Shown here: positions 39,324 through 48,804 of the stretch, piece by piece | Layout of the letters: the number at the start of each line of letters is the position of its first letter | Numbering within the stretch: the stretch's first letter is position 1 | DNA from: an uncultured Chloroflexia bacterium | GTDB lineage: Bacteria > Chloroflexota > Limnocylindria > Limnocylindrales > CSP1-4 | Direction: 5' to 3' | Assembly: GCA_963819655.1 (NCBI GenBank) | Contig: CAWFXA010000003.1 | Span: 704,001 to 768,000, forward strand | DNA length: 64,000 nucleotides | Notes under the pieces: generated by a model | Seen by the model: only the letters and a program-made list of their open reading frames with translations | What the model was told of the DNA's origin: nothing | The model's database searches: none | Program-made: the position numbers and the translations under genes

Positions 39324-39893
39324 CTCGTTCTCCTCGCTGGTCTCAGTATCGACCGGCGTGGCCTGCGAGCCAACACTGGGTCAGGTCGTCGGGACTGCGC
39401 CCGGGGCCAGCGCTGTTATCTCGTCGCGAAGCGCTTGGATCGGGTCCACTTCGTCCTGAAGGTCGAAGTCGCCTCGGCCCATCTTATCGAGCGCCGCGAT
39501 CGACCTCGTCCTCGCGACGTGGCCGCCTGCGGCCGACGTCGCATCCCGAGGCGTTGGCGCTCTCAGCCGAACGCCTCGTCGAACGGCCTGCCCTAACACA
39601 CCGGCGGTCGACGACCGGGTTTACGTGAGGCTAGCTGACGCCTGTTGCGCCAGACTTACCGCACGGCTCGTCGCGCCGACAGGCATCTTCGCCGCTCATC
39701 GGGCCGCGGTCGGGTACGGCCTCATGGACTACGGGCTGGTCGCGCCGAACCTGAACCCGACACGTATCAACCGACAGCGGAACCTGACGCACGCGGCTGA
39801 AAGCTGGGGACGTGAAACTTGAACGGCCGCGGTGACGAGTTCGGAACGGATGCTGATGTCACCTTTTGCCCGTAGTCGGCCCCTTTGTCAGTG

Positions 39894-40376
39894 ATGGACA
39901 CCGCAGTGGCTGCTTTGGAGCCGCGCGAGAGCGTTGAGGCCGTGTATCGGGCCGACGCCGAGCGGCTATGGCGCGCCGTCTACGCGTTCGCCGGTGACGC
40001 GGAGATCGCGAGCGACGCGGTGGCCGAAGCCTTCGCCCAGCTCCTCAATCGGGGCGAAGCCGTCCGTGACCCGGCAGCCTGGACCTGGCGTACCGCCTTC
40101 CGAATCTCGGCGGGCGCGCTGAAAGCGCGTCGCTCAGGCGACACGCCGACGGTCGGTCCGATCGAGCACCTCGACCGATACAGCGATCCGGATCTCGTGG
40201 CGGCGCTTCGACAACTCCCCGACGCCCAACGAGCGGCGGTGATCCTCTTCTACTACGCCGACCTACCGATCCGCGAGATCGCGGCCCGCCTCGGCTCGAA
40301 CAGCTTGGCCATTCGCGCCAACCTCAGCCGAGGTCGAGGTCGTCTGCGACAGCTTCTGGGTGACCCCAATGGATGA
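39894..40376 (+). CDS. ECF sigma factor
   Basis: ASDAVAEAF, AAWTWRTAF, LPDAQRAAVIL, IREIAARLG. Confidence 0.9.
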   Translation: MDTAVAALEPRESVEAVYRADAERLWRAVYAFAGDAEIASDAVAEAFAQLLNRGEAVRDPAAWTWRTAFRISAGALKARRSGDTPTVGPIEHLDRYSDPDLVAALRQLPDAQRAAVILFYYADLPIREIAARLGSNSLAIRANLSRGRGRLRQLLGDPNG

Positions 40377-41841
40377 TCTCCGCGATCGCTTCGCGACCCT
40401 CGACGACGTGCCCGTGCCCGATGTCTGGAACGGTGTCGAACGTCGTCTCGAGGCACTCGGCGCGGCCGCGCCGACCGGGCGCGTCGTCGCCGTCCGACCG
40501 GGCCGTCGGAGCGCCATGACCGGTGCGCTGCCGCGATCCGGCGAAATGAGTGGCGGACGGAGAAGCGTGGGGCTGCTTGCTGCAGCCACGCTCATCGCCG
40601 CGCTGCTGGTTGGAGGTGCGATCGCCGTTGGCTCGGGTTGGGTGCGTTTATCGCCGCTCCCGCCACCAGCCCTCGACGCGACCCTGATCCCCAGCCCGCC
40701 GGCGCCGTCGACATCCCCGAGCGTTTCCCCCTCGCCGACGCCTGGCCTCACACCGAGCGTCATCGGATCGGGTTCGTGGTCCGTCACGAACCCACCGCAT
40801 CGCGGAGGAAGTTTCGGCACGGCAACCCTCCTGCGGGACGGCAGGGTGCTCCTCACAGGAGGCCAAGCGGAGGACGGCACGCAGACGGGCGAGGCGCAGC
40901 TCTTCGATCCGGCCACCGGCCAGTGGACCGAGACCGGGAGCATGCACGTCGCGCGCTATGGGTCCGTCGCCAGCCTGCTTGCCGACGGCCGAGTGCTGGT
41001 CACCGGCGGTGTCGACTCGAGCAAGGGGTACTTGGGGGCCTTGGCCTCGGCAGAACTGTACGACCCGACGACCGGGACATGGACCGAGACCGGCAGCATG
41101 ACGAGGTGGCGGATTTACTCAACGGCCATCTCGTTGGCCGACGGCCGGGTTCTCGTCCTCGGCGGGCACGTCAGCGGCAAGAACACATCGTCCCAACGGA
41201 TACCGCCGGGCGGCGGCGGGGAGACAAAGGGCGCGGAAACGTATGACCCGGATAGCGGCACCTGGAGCTGGGCCCGCTCGATGACCGCGCCCCCCGAGAC
41301 CGCCACGCTTCTGCCGGACGGAAGGGTCCTGGTCACGCACGATGGGGGCTCGTCCGAGCTGTTCGACCCGCAAACTGGGCGATGGACCGCCACGGCGAAC
41401 CCAACGCAGCCGCTCTACGCGCCTGAGGCAACGCTCCTGGCGAATGGCGAAGTGTTGCTGTTGAGTATGTGGGACCACCCTGTAGAACGTGCCGGATGCC
41501 CCTGCCGACATTTCGTGGGCCGGGCCGAACTGTACGACCCCCTCACCGGAAGCTGGACCCCGACAGGAAGTCCGCCCGACGGGTGGGGGACTGCGGCTCT
41601 CCTGGCCGACGGAATCGCCCTCGTGTTTGGGGCCGACGGGGCGGACCGGTATGACCCGCAAAGCGGATCATGGGCAACGGTGGCGGTCCCTGCCTCCAAC
41701 CTGTCTATGGGTGATGGCAACGGTGGACCCCCACCCAACTACTGGGACGCGGGCGGCATCGCGATCCGGCTGCTCGACGGCAGGGTCCTCGCAATCGGCG
41801 ATGTCGGGACGGCCCTGTTCGACCCGACGGGGAACCCGTGA
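40369..41841 (+). CDS. Membrane-anchored Kelch-repeat beta-propeller, putative anti-sigma factor
   Basis: Overlaps sigma stop; one TM, P/S/T linker, repeated ATLL.DGRVLV.GG...AELYDP.TG.W. Confidence 0.85.
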   Translation: MDDLRDRFATLDDVPVPDVWNGVERRLEALGAAAPTGRVVAVRPGRRSAMTGALPRSGEMSGGRRSVGLLAAATLIAALLVGGAIAVGSGWVRLSPLPPPALDATLIPSPPAPSTSPSVSPSPTPGLTPSVIGSGSWSVTNPPHRGGSFGTATLLRDGRVLLTGGQAEDGTQTGEAQLFDPATGQWTETGSMHVARYGSVASLLADGRVLVTGGVDSSKGYLGALASAELYDPTTGTWTETGSMTRWRIYSTAISLADGRVLVLGGHVSGKNTSSQRIPPGGGGETKGAETYDPDSGTWSWARSMTAPPETATLLPDGRVLVTHDGGSSELFDPQTGRWTATANPTQPLYAPEATLLANGEVLLLSMWDHPVERAGCPCRHFVGRAELYDPLTGSWTPTGSPPDGWGTAALLADGIALVFGADGADRYDPQSGSWATVAVPASNLSMGDGNGGPPPNYWDAGGIAIRLLDGRVLAIGDVGTALFDPTGNP

Positions 41842-41868
41842 TTGTGGGGTGCCGTAGGGGTGTTTTTC

Positions 41869-41955
41869 TGGTGCCGGAGCCGAGATTCGAACTCGAACGC
41901 CCTTGCGGGCCGCGGAGTTTAAGTCCGCTGCGTCTACCAGTTCCGCCACTCCGGC
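41869..41955 (-). tRNA. tRNA-Leu(TAA)
   Basis: Cloverleaf; anticodon arm GCGGA-CTTAAAC-TCCGC; long variable arm; CCA encoded. Confidence 0.96.
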
Positions 41956-42046
41956 CGGGCCGACATCGTAGTCGTTCGACTCAGGCGATGAGCAGCAGGA
42001 CCCTCGCGAACGTCTAGTTTTTACAGACCGTTGGTACCCTCCCCGG

Positions 42047-42598
42047 ATGGACACTGAGAGGCAGTCCGCAGGCACCGATCCCCGAGTCGAGGTCGAGGTC
42101 GCCGAGCGGTCGTTCACGCTCACTCGTTGGTTCGATGCGCCTCGCGAGCGTGTGTGGCGTGCCTGGACCGACCCGCGCGAGCTCGCCGTCTGGTGGGGTC
42201 CCCATGGCTACACGAACCCCGTCGTCGACACCGACTTCCGCCCGGGCGGCGGGTTGCGGATCTTGATGCGCTCGCCGGAAGGCGTCGATTTCCCGATGGT
42301 CGGCGAATTCATCGCGATCGAACCCCCATCCCGCCTGGTCTTCACGGACGACATCGGCGACAACGCGCCTGACGAGTGGCGCGCACGCCTCGATCGCAAC
42401 CGCCCGTCACAGCCGGCGGGCAGCCCGCTGCGGATGGTCGTGGAGGTCATCTTCGAAGAGCGCGACGGCGGGACACTGCTCACGGTCACCGACACGTTCT
42501 CATCGGACGAGGACCGCGACGCGATCATGCGCGACGGCGCCGTCAGTGGCTGGTCCGAGAGCATGGAGCGGCTGGAAGCCCTCGTCACCGCGGCCTGA
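42047..42598 (+). CDS. SRPBCC/AHSA1-like protein
   Basis: TRWFDAPRERVWRAWTDP..LAVWWGP, GWSESMERL. Confidence 0.92.
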   Translation: MDTERQSAGTDPRVEVEVAERSFTLTRWFDAPRERVWRAWTDPRELAVWWGPHGYTNPVVDTDFRPGGGLRILMRSPEGVDFPMVGEFIAIEPPSRLVFTDDIGDNAPDEWRARLDRNRPSQPAGSPLRMVVEVIFEERDGGTLLTVTDTFSSDEDRDAIMRDGAVSGWSESMERLEALVTAA

Positions 42599-42644
42599 CC
42601 CCGGTCCCCGAACGACGTCGCATCCGCATCCTCCAGTACATGAC

Positions 42645-42674
42645 TTGACAGGCATATAACTGAATAGGCATACT
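42645..42674 (+). promoter_or_regulatory. Sigma70 promoter TTGACA-N18-CATACT with overlapping imperfect palindrome (probable ArsR operator)
   Basis: TTGACA 42645-50, CATACT 42669-74; ATATAACTGAATAGGCATAC spans the spacer. Confidence 0.75.
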
Positions 42675-42681
42675 ACGAGAA

Positions 42682-43011
42682 GTGATCGCCACATTCGAGC
42701 TCCTCGCCGAGCCCACTCGCCGTCGCATCCTCGACCTGTTGCGCGACGGTGAGCGGCCCGTGGGCGAGCTCGTCGATCGGCTATCGATGAGCCAGCCTGC
42801 CGTTTCGAAGCACCTGCGGGTGCTTCGCGACTCGGGCCTCGTCGACGTCCGGGTCGATGCCCAGCGGCGTGTCTACCGGCTTCGGCCTGAGGCCCTGCAG
42901 GAGGTCGACGACTGGATCGAGCCGTACCGGCGCCTGTGGGATCAACGACTCGACCGCATGGAGCGGCACCTTCAGCGCATGAAGGACAGGGAAGGAACGG
43001 AGATCGACTGA
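42682..43011 (+). CDS. ArsR/SmtB family regulator
   Basis: LAEPTRRRIL, SQPAVSKHLRVL. Confidence 0.94.
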   Translation: MIATFELLAEPTRRRILDLLRDGERPVGELVDRLSMSQPAVSKHLRVLRDSGLVDVRVDAQRRVYRLRPEALQEVDDWIEPYRRLWDQRLDRMERHLQRMKDREGTEID

Positions 43012-43012
43012 C

Positions 43013-44638
43013 GTGACTATTGCGCTCGACCCAGCAACCCAGGCCCCGCCGCGGGCCGGCCGCCGCGAATGGATCGGTCTGTCCGTCCTCGCGCTCGCGT
43101 GCCTCCTCTATGTCATGGACCTGACGGTCCTCCACCTGGCCGTCCCCGCGATCAGCGCGGACCTCCAACCGTCGAGCGCGCAGCTGCTCTGGATCATCGA
43201 CATCTACGGCTTCATGGTGGCGGGCTTCCTCATCACGATGGGAACCCTCGGCGACCGTATCGGGCGCCGCAAGCTGCTGTTGATCGGCGCCGCCGCGTTC
43301 GGTGCGGTGTCGATCCTCGCGGCGTTCTCGACGAGCGCGGAGATGCTCATCGGAAGTCGTGCCCTGCTCGGGATCGCAGGCGCGACGCTCGCCCCATCGA
43401 CCCTGTCGCTGATCTTCGCGATGTTCCAGGACCCGGGCCAGCGCACGCGCGCGGTCGCGGTGTGGATCTCCGCCTTCTCCGCCGGCGGCGCGATCGGGCC
43501 CGTCCTCGGCGGGATCATGCTGGAGCACTTCTGGTGGGGCTCCGTCTTCCTCCTGGCCTTGCCGGTGATGGCCCTGCTGCTCATCCTCGGCCCGATCGTC
43601 CTGCCGGAGTACAAGGACCCGGATGCGGGGAGGCTCGATCTGCGGAGTGCGGCCATGTCACTCATTGCGATCCTGTCGGTCATCTTCGGCCTGAAGCAGA
43701 TCGCCCAGGATGGGGTCGAACCCGTGGCGGTCGCCACGATCATCCTCGGACTCGTGATCGGAGCGCTGTTCGTGCGGCGCCAGGTCACCCTTGCCGACCC
43801 GATGATCGACCTTCGGCTCTTCCGGATCCCGGCGTTCAGCGCCTCGCTCGCCGTGAACGTGCTGGCGATCTTCGTCGCCGTCGGCTACTTCCTCTTCGTC
43901 GCGCAGTACCTGCAGCTCGTCATCGGCCTCTCGCCGCTCGCGGCCGGACTCTGGTCCGTGCCGTCGGCGATCGGGTTCATCGTCGGCTCGAACCTCGCGC
44001 CGCGGATCGTCCGAACCGTCCGGCCGGCTTACCTGATGGCGGCCAGCCTGGCGATCGCGGCGGCGGGCCTCGGAGTGCTCACCCAGGTCGGCGGTTCCGA
44101 CGGGCTCGCCATCGTCGTCCTCGCGTCGATCGTCATCTCGCTCGGCCTCGCTCCCGTCTTCGGGCTGACGACCGAGCTCATCGTCGGCTCCGCTCCGCCG
44201 GAGCGGGCAGGTGCCGCCTCGGGCATCTCCGAGACGGGCGCCGAGCTGGGCGGCGCACTCGGGATCTCGATCCTGGGCAGCATCGGCATCGCGATCTATC
44301 GCGGCGACGTCGTCCGGGCCCTGCCGAGCGACATCCCGGCCGCCGCAGCCGTGGCGGCGCGTGACACGCTCGGGGCGGCCCTCGGGGTCGCGGCCGAGCT
44401 CCCGTCGGCCATCGGCGCGACGTTGGTGACCGTGGCCCGCGACGCATTCGTCCAGGGCATGCAGGTCGCGGCCGCGATCAGCGCCGTGGTCGCCGTGGGG
44501 GTCGCCATCCTGACTCTTGTCGCCCTTCGCGACGTCGACATGCACCCGGATGCCGAGGAGGCCGACGGCGCATCGCAGGCTGCCGACCGCGACGACCGTC
44601 GCCCACATCGAACCAGTACACCAGTCGCCGAAGCATGA
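43013..44638 (+). CDS. MFS drug:H+ antiporter, DHA2 (14-TMS) family
   Basis: MDLTVL.LA.P, LGDRIGRRKLL, GPVLGG, WGSVFL. Confidence 0.93.
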   Translation: MTIALDPATQAPPRAGRREWIGLSVLALACLLYVMDLTVLHLAVPAISADLQPSSAQLLWIIDIYGFMVAGFLITMGTLGDRIGRRKLLLIGAAAFGAVSILAAFSTSAEMLIGSRALLGIAGATLAPSTLSLIFAMFQDPGQRTRAVAVWISAFSAGGAIGPVLGGIMLEHFWWGSVFLLALPVMALLLILGPIVLPEYKDPDAGRLDLRSAAMSLIAILSVIFGLKQIAQDGVEPVAVATIILGLVIGALFVRRQVTLADPMIDLRLFRIPAFSASLAVNVLAIFVAVGYFLFVAQYLQLVIGLSPLAAGLWSVPSAIGFIVGSNLAPRIVRTVRPAYLMAASLAIAAAGLGVLTQVGGSDGLAIVVLASIVISLGLAPVFGLTTELIVGSAPPERAGAASGISETGAELGGALGISILGSIGIAIYRGDVVRALPSDIPAAAAVAARDTLGAALGVAAELPSAIGATLVTVARDAFVQGMQVAAAISAVVAVGVAILTLVALRDVDMHPDAEEADGASQAADRDDRRPHRTSTPVAEA

Positions 44639-46056
44639 CCAAGGAGGAGACGACCTTGTCCCTATCGACCTCTCACGCCCGACTCTCGATCGACGAGCTT
44701 CGCGCCGCGGTCCGGGGTCGCGTCATCACCGCCGACGACTCCGACTACGACGGTGTCCGGGGGATCATGTACGCGGGTCACGACACACGACCTGCGGCGA
44801 TCGTCCGAGTCGTCGATGCGGCCGACGTCTCGTCAGTCGTCACGATCGCGCGCGATAGCGGCCTCGAGCTGGCGGTCCGGAGCGGTGGTCACAGCGCCGC
44901 CGGCCACAGTTCGTGTGACGGCGGTGTCGTCATCGATGTCCGCGACCTCGATGATCTCGACATCGATGTCTCCGGTCGGACGGCATGGGCCGGCAGCGGC
45001 CTGACCGCCGGCGCCTACACGACCGCGGCGGCGGAACACGGCCTGGCCACAGGGTTCGGCGACACTGGCTCGGTCGGGCTCGGCGGGCTCACCCTCGGTG
45101 GTGGGGTGGGCTATCTCGTGCGGAAGAACGGACTCACGATCGACAACCTGCTCGCCGCCGAGATCGTCACCGCCGACGGCGAGGTCCGCATCGTCGACGC
45201 CGAGAATGAGCCGGACCTGTTCTGGGCCATCCGGGGCGGCGGCGGCAACTTCGGCGTCGCCACGAGGTTCCGGTACCGACTCAGCGAGCTCGACGGCGTG
45301 GTCGGTGGGATCCTGGTGGTGCCGGCGACCCCCGAGACCGTCGCCGGGTTCATCGCCGCGGCCGAGGCCGCGCCGGACGAGCTCTCGACGATCGCCAACG
45401 TGATGCCCTGCCCGCCGATGCCGTTCGTGGCCGAGGAGTATCACGGCTCGCTCGTGATCCTCGGGATGCTGGCGTTTGCCGGCGATGCCGAGAGGGGCGA
45501 GCGCACCCTGGCCCCGTTCCGCGCGCTCGGGGAGCCGCTCGCGGACATGCTGCGACCGATCCCCTACCCCGAGATGTTCCCGCCCGACGACCCGGACTAC
45601 CACCCGACGGCCGTGTCCCGGACGATGTTCATCGACCACGTCGACATGCCGGTCGCGCAGACGATCATGGAGTACCTGACCGCGTCAGATGCCTCGATGC
45701 GCGTGGCGCAGCTCCGCGTCCTCGGCGGTGCTTCCGCGCGGGTTCCCGTGGACGCCACGGCGTATGCCCATCGCGCGGCGCGGATCATGGTGAATGTCGC
45801 CGCGTTCTACGAGGGCGAGGAGGACAAGGCGCGTCGTGAGGCGTGGGTCGCCGAGTTCAGCGCGGCCATCCATCAGGGCGACGCCGGCGCCTACGTGAAC
45901 TTCGTCGGCGACGAGGGCGAGGCACGGATCCGGGCGGCGTATCCCGGGGCAACCTGGGATCGCCTGGCCGAGATCAAGCGCCGATACGACCCGGGCAACG
46001 TGTTCCACCGCAACCAGAACGTCCCGCCTGCCGCAGCCGGTGCGGCCACAACCTGA
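44635..46056 (+). CDS. FAD-linked oxidase, berberine-bridge-enzyme-like
   Basis: VRSGGHS, LFWAIRGGGGNFG, AYVNF, KRRYDPGNVF; TTG 44656 may be the true start (AAGGAGGAG upstream). Confidence 0.92.
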   Translation: MTKEETTLSLSTSHARLSIDELRAAVRGRVITADDSDYDGVRGIMYAGHDTRPAAIVRVVDAADVSSVVTIARDSGLELAVRSGGHSAAGHSSCDGGVVIDVRDLDDLDIDVSGRTAWAGSGLTAGAYTTAAAEHGLATGFGDTGSVGLGGLTLGGGVGYLVRKNGLTIDNLLAAEIVTADGEVRIVDAENEPDLFWAIRGGGGNFGVATRFRYRLSELDGVVGGILVVPATPETVAGFIAAAEAAPDELSTIANVMPCPPMPFVAEEYHGSLVILGMLAFAGDAERGERTLAPFRALGEPLADMLRPIPYPEMFPPDDPDYHPTAVSRTMFIDHVDMPVAQTIMEYLTASDASMRVAQLRVLGGASARVPVDATAYAHRAARIMVNVAAFYEGEEDKARREAWVAEFSAAIHQGDAGAYVNFVGDEGEARIRAAYPGATWDRLAEIKRRYDPGNVFHRNQNVPPAAAGAATT

Positions 46057-46116
46057 TCACCCATCATGGCGCCGATGCCCCGCAAGCGATTTCGGGGCTA
46101 GGCGCCTCCAGACTCC

Positions 46117-46155
46117 AAAAACGACGGCCTGCTGGTCTCCCAGCGGGCCGTCGTT
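46117..46155 (-). terminator. Intrinsic terminator, possibly bidirectional
   Basis: 15-bp stem ACGACGGCCCGCTGG/CCAGCAGGCCGTCGT (one mismatch) followed by a T-run on the minus strand. Confidence 0.8.
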
Positions 46156-46186
46156 CTGTGCGACGTCGCGACGCGTTGCCTAGACG

Positions 46187-46999
46187 CTAGTCCAGGAACG
46201 AGTCGAGGAATGCGCGCGAGTACGCGGTGTCGGCGCGCTGGTAGCTGCCGAGCGCGTTGCATGTAAAGGAGTTGACGTACGACGCGTCGCCCAGGACGAA
46301 GTCGCCAAGGAACACGGCGCCACCCGAATCGCCGAAGCACGATCCGCCGCCGGCCTTCGAGTCGTTGCCATTGATCTGGAACGTGATGACCTCGCTGCCG
46401 ACGTTCTTCAGGTACGAGGTCGTCGAGCTCCGGAACTGGACGATGATCTGCGCTTTCTTGTCGCCGATGTCGATGCCGTAGCCGACGAGCGTGAAGGTCT
46501 CGTTCTTGAGCTGACCCTGGTTGCGATCGAGGAACCCGACCGGCGGCAGCTTGGCTGGGACGATGCCCGGCCATTTCGACGAAGCCGGCGCGTCGAGGAC
46601 CACGACGCCCTGATCATGCTGCTTGGAGAACTGCAGCTTGCCGTCCCACGCCGGGTCGGGGTGGGCGGTGCCGGTGATGTAATTCGCCGCGCGAGCGGCC
46701 CGCTCCTCCGGGGTGATGCCCGGCGCGAGCGGATCGAGCGCGAGATCGGTATTGAAGGACACAAAGACGTTGATCGCCGGCCCCTCGGTGCAGTGGCCGG
46801 CCGTCAGGACGACCGTGTCTGAGATCAGCGTGCCCGAGCAGCGGAACCGGCCGTCCGGAGTGGTGAACCGGACGAGGCCGACGTTGGTATGCACGTCATC
46901 TCGCTGGCCGCCGGTGATCGCCAGCGCCGGCACAGCGGCCAGGGCCAACGCCGCGATCGTGGCGCCGACGAGGGTAAGCCGCGTAATGCGTGAAGGCAT
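46187..46999 (-). CDS. Secreted trypsin-like (S1) serine protease
   Basis: Signal peptide then ITGG; CSGTLI, TAGHC, GDSGG; GGAGGAG upstream. Confidence 0.93.
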   Translation of the reverse strand: MPSRITRLTLVGATIAALALAAVPALAITGGQRDDVHTNVGLVRFTTPDGRFRCSGTLISDTVVLTAGHCTEGPAINVFVSFNTDLALDPLAPGITPEERAARAANYITGTAHPDPAWDGKLQFSKQHDQGVVVLDAPASSKWPGIVPAKLPPVGFLDRNQGQLKNETFTLVGYGIDIGDKKAQIIVQFRSSTTSYLKNVGSEVITFQINGNDSKAGGGSCFGDSGGAVFLGDFVLGDASYVNSFTCNALGSYQRADTAYSRAFLDSFLD

Positions 47000-47230
47000 G
47001 CGCGTATCTCCTCCAAGGTGCCGATCGGCATGAGCGACTGGGCCCGTGGGGACCGATCGACAGGTCATTCGTGCGGGCTCCAAGCCCGCCGATGGACGTC
47101 CCGGCACCGTAGCACCGCCGGTCCGAAAGGGCGGAGGCCGCTGCCCAAGTTCCGTGGCGCCGATGCACCGGCGCTCGTTGTCGGAGGTGCACAAACCCCG
47201 TCCCGGACGAGATGTTTCGTACGAAGGTTG

Positions 47231-47307
47231 TGGAGGCGACGACCGGATTCGAACCGGTGAATAGGGGTTTTGCAGACCCCCGTGTTGAACCACTTCACCA
47301 CGTCGCC
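47231..47307 (-). tRNA. tRNA-Cys(GCA)
   Basis: Cloverleaf; anticodon loop CTGCAAA; CCA. Confidence 0.96.
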
Positions 47308-47340
47308 CCGACCGGGGTGCGCCGCGCGGTCGCGCGATGC

Positions 47341-47414
47341 TGGCTGCCCCTCGAGGATTCGAACCTCGGTTCACGGATCCAAAGTCCGCTGTCCTACCAC
47401 TAGACGAAGGGGCA
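47341..47414 (-). tRNA. tRNA-Gln(TTG)
   Basis: Cloverleaf; loop CTTTGGA; CCA. Confidence 0.96.
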
Positions 47415-47436
47415 GCGGGGCCTTCGGGGAGGATAC

Positions 47437-47512
47437 TGGAGCGGAAGACGGGACTCGAACCCGCGACCCTCACCTTGGCAAGGTGATGCTCTACCAACTG
47501 AGCCACTTCCGC
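47437..47512 (-). tRNA. tRNA-Gly(GCC)
   Basis: Cloverleaf; loop TTGCCAA; CCA. Confidence 0.97.
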
Positions 47513-47537
47513 TCGATGTTCGCCCACCGTCGAAGGG

Positions 47538-47613
47538 TGGTGCCGAGGGCCAGGATCGAACTGGCGACACCGCGATTTTCAGTCGCGTGCTCTACCGACT
47601 GAGCTACCTCGGC
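47538..47613 (-). tRNA. tRNA-Phe(GAA)
   Basis: Cloverleaf; loop CTGAAAA; CCA; TGgTATCCT promoter about 40 nt upstream. Confidence 0.97.
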
Positions 47614-47807
47614 TCGATGGTCAACCTCGCTGGCTGTCCGTCGGCGGAGCGCAGGATACCACGGGCCTTCCGGCGAGTGCCACGCGGACGGCCGCTCGCT
47701 TGAGCCGCCTGAGAGGTGTCCCTCGGCCTCCCTCGGGCCGAATTCCGATCCCGTGCGTCGCCCGCAACGATCGCCCGAAAAGGAGGCCGGCGAGCTATCG
47801 CGCGCCC

Positions 47808-48782
47808 CTACTCCAGCCCGGCGAGCTGCCCCTCTTCAGCCGATCCCAGCGGCGGATCCCCGGTGAGCTGCCGCAGCCGGTTGATCCGGTCGACGATCGC
47901 GGGGTGGGTCGACATCAGCCCCGACGACCGCTGCTCGAACTTCTTGATCGGGTTCGTGAAGTACAGGTGCTGCGTGCCGCGGTTGGCGACCTCGAGGACC
48001 TCGGGATCGGCCGAGATCTTCGCCAGCGCCCGTTCGAGCCCGTACGGGTTGCGCGTCAGTTCCACGGCCGAGGCGTCCGCGAGGTACTCGCGCTGGCGCG
48101 ACACCGCGAGCTGGATGAACCGACTGATGAGCGGCGCCAGGATCGCCAGCGCGATGGCCAGGATGAAGACGACCGCCTGGGCGCCTCCCCCACCGTCCCG
48201 ATCGCGCGATCGTCCCGCGCCGCCCCAGAACGTGAACCGCAGGAAGAAGTCGGCCAGGATCGCGATCGCCCCGACCATGACCGCGACGACCAACGCAAAC
48301 CGGATGTCGAGATTGCGCACGTGCGAGAGCTCGTGGCCGATGACGCCCTGGAGCTCCTCGCGGTCGAGCTTCTCGAGCAGCCCTGTCGTGACGGCGACCG
48401 ACGCGTGCTTCGGATCGCGCCCTGTGGCGAACGCGTTGGGCGCGGTGTCGTCGATGATGTAGACCTTCGGCATCGGCACGTTCGCGGCGATCGACATCTC
48501 GCGCACGACGTTCATGAGCTGCGGAGCCTGCGCCTCATCGACCTGACGGGCACCGCTGACGGCAAGAACCAGCGAATCGCCGGCGAAGTACGTGAATGCG
48601 CCGCTCAGTGCGCCGATGAGCACCGCGACGACCGTCGTGCCGATCCCGCCTTCGGGCGAGCCGAACACAGCGAAGCCGATCGTGAAGCCGAGCAGGGCGA
48701 GGAGGACGACGACGAGCGTCGCCATGAGGAACGAGTTCCGCCTGTTGGCGGCGATCTGGTCGTAGAAGGACGATCCGGCCAC
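47808..48782 (-). CDS. htpX: M48 zinc metalloprotease HtpX family
   Basis: PNAFATGR, GHELSH, SRQREYLAD, STHP. Confidence 0.93.
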   Translation of the reverse strand: MAGSSFYDQIAANRRNSFLMATLVVVLLALLGFTIGFAVFGSPEGGIGTTVVAVLIGALSGAFTYFAGDSLVLAVSGARQVDEAQAPQLMNVVREMSIAANVPMPKVYIIDDTAPNAFATGRDPKHASVAVTTGLLEKLDREELQGVIGHELSHVRNLDIRFALVVAVMVGAIAILADFFLRFTFWGGAGRSRDRDGGGGAQAVVFILAIALAILAPLISRFIQLAVSRQREYLADASAVELTRNPYGLERALAKISADPEVLEVANRGTQHLYFTNPIKKFEQRSSGLMSTHPAIVDRINRLRQLTGDPPLGSAEEGQLAGLE

Positions 48783-48804
48783 GGTTCCTCCCGCGGTCCG
48801 GCGG

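Noticed and set aside
39588-39600. Integron attC site (CCCTAAC)
   Set aside because: Imperfect core, no matching partner box or cassette array, and no integrase.
47000-47527. N-terminal extension of the protease ORF
   Set aside because: Runs through tRNA genes; the SD and signal peptide place the start at 46999.
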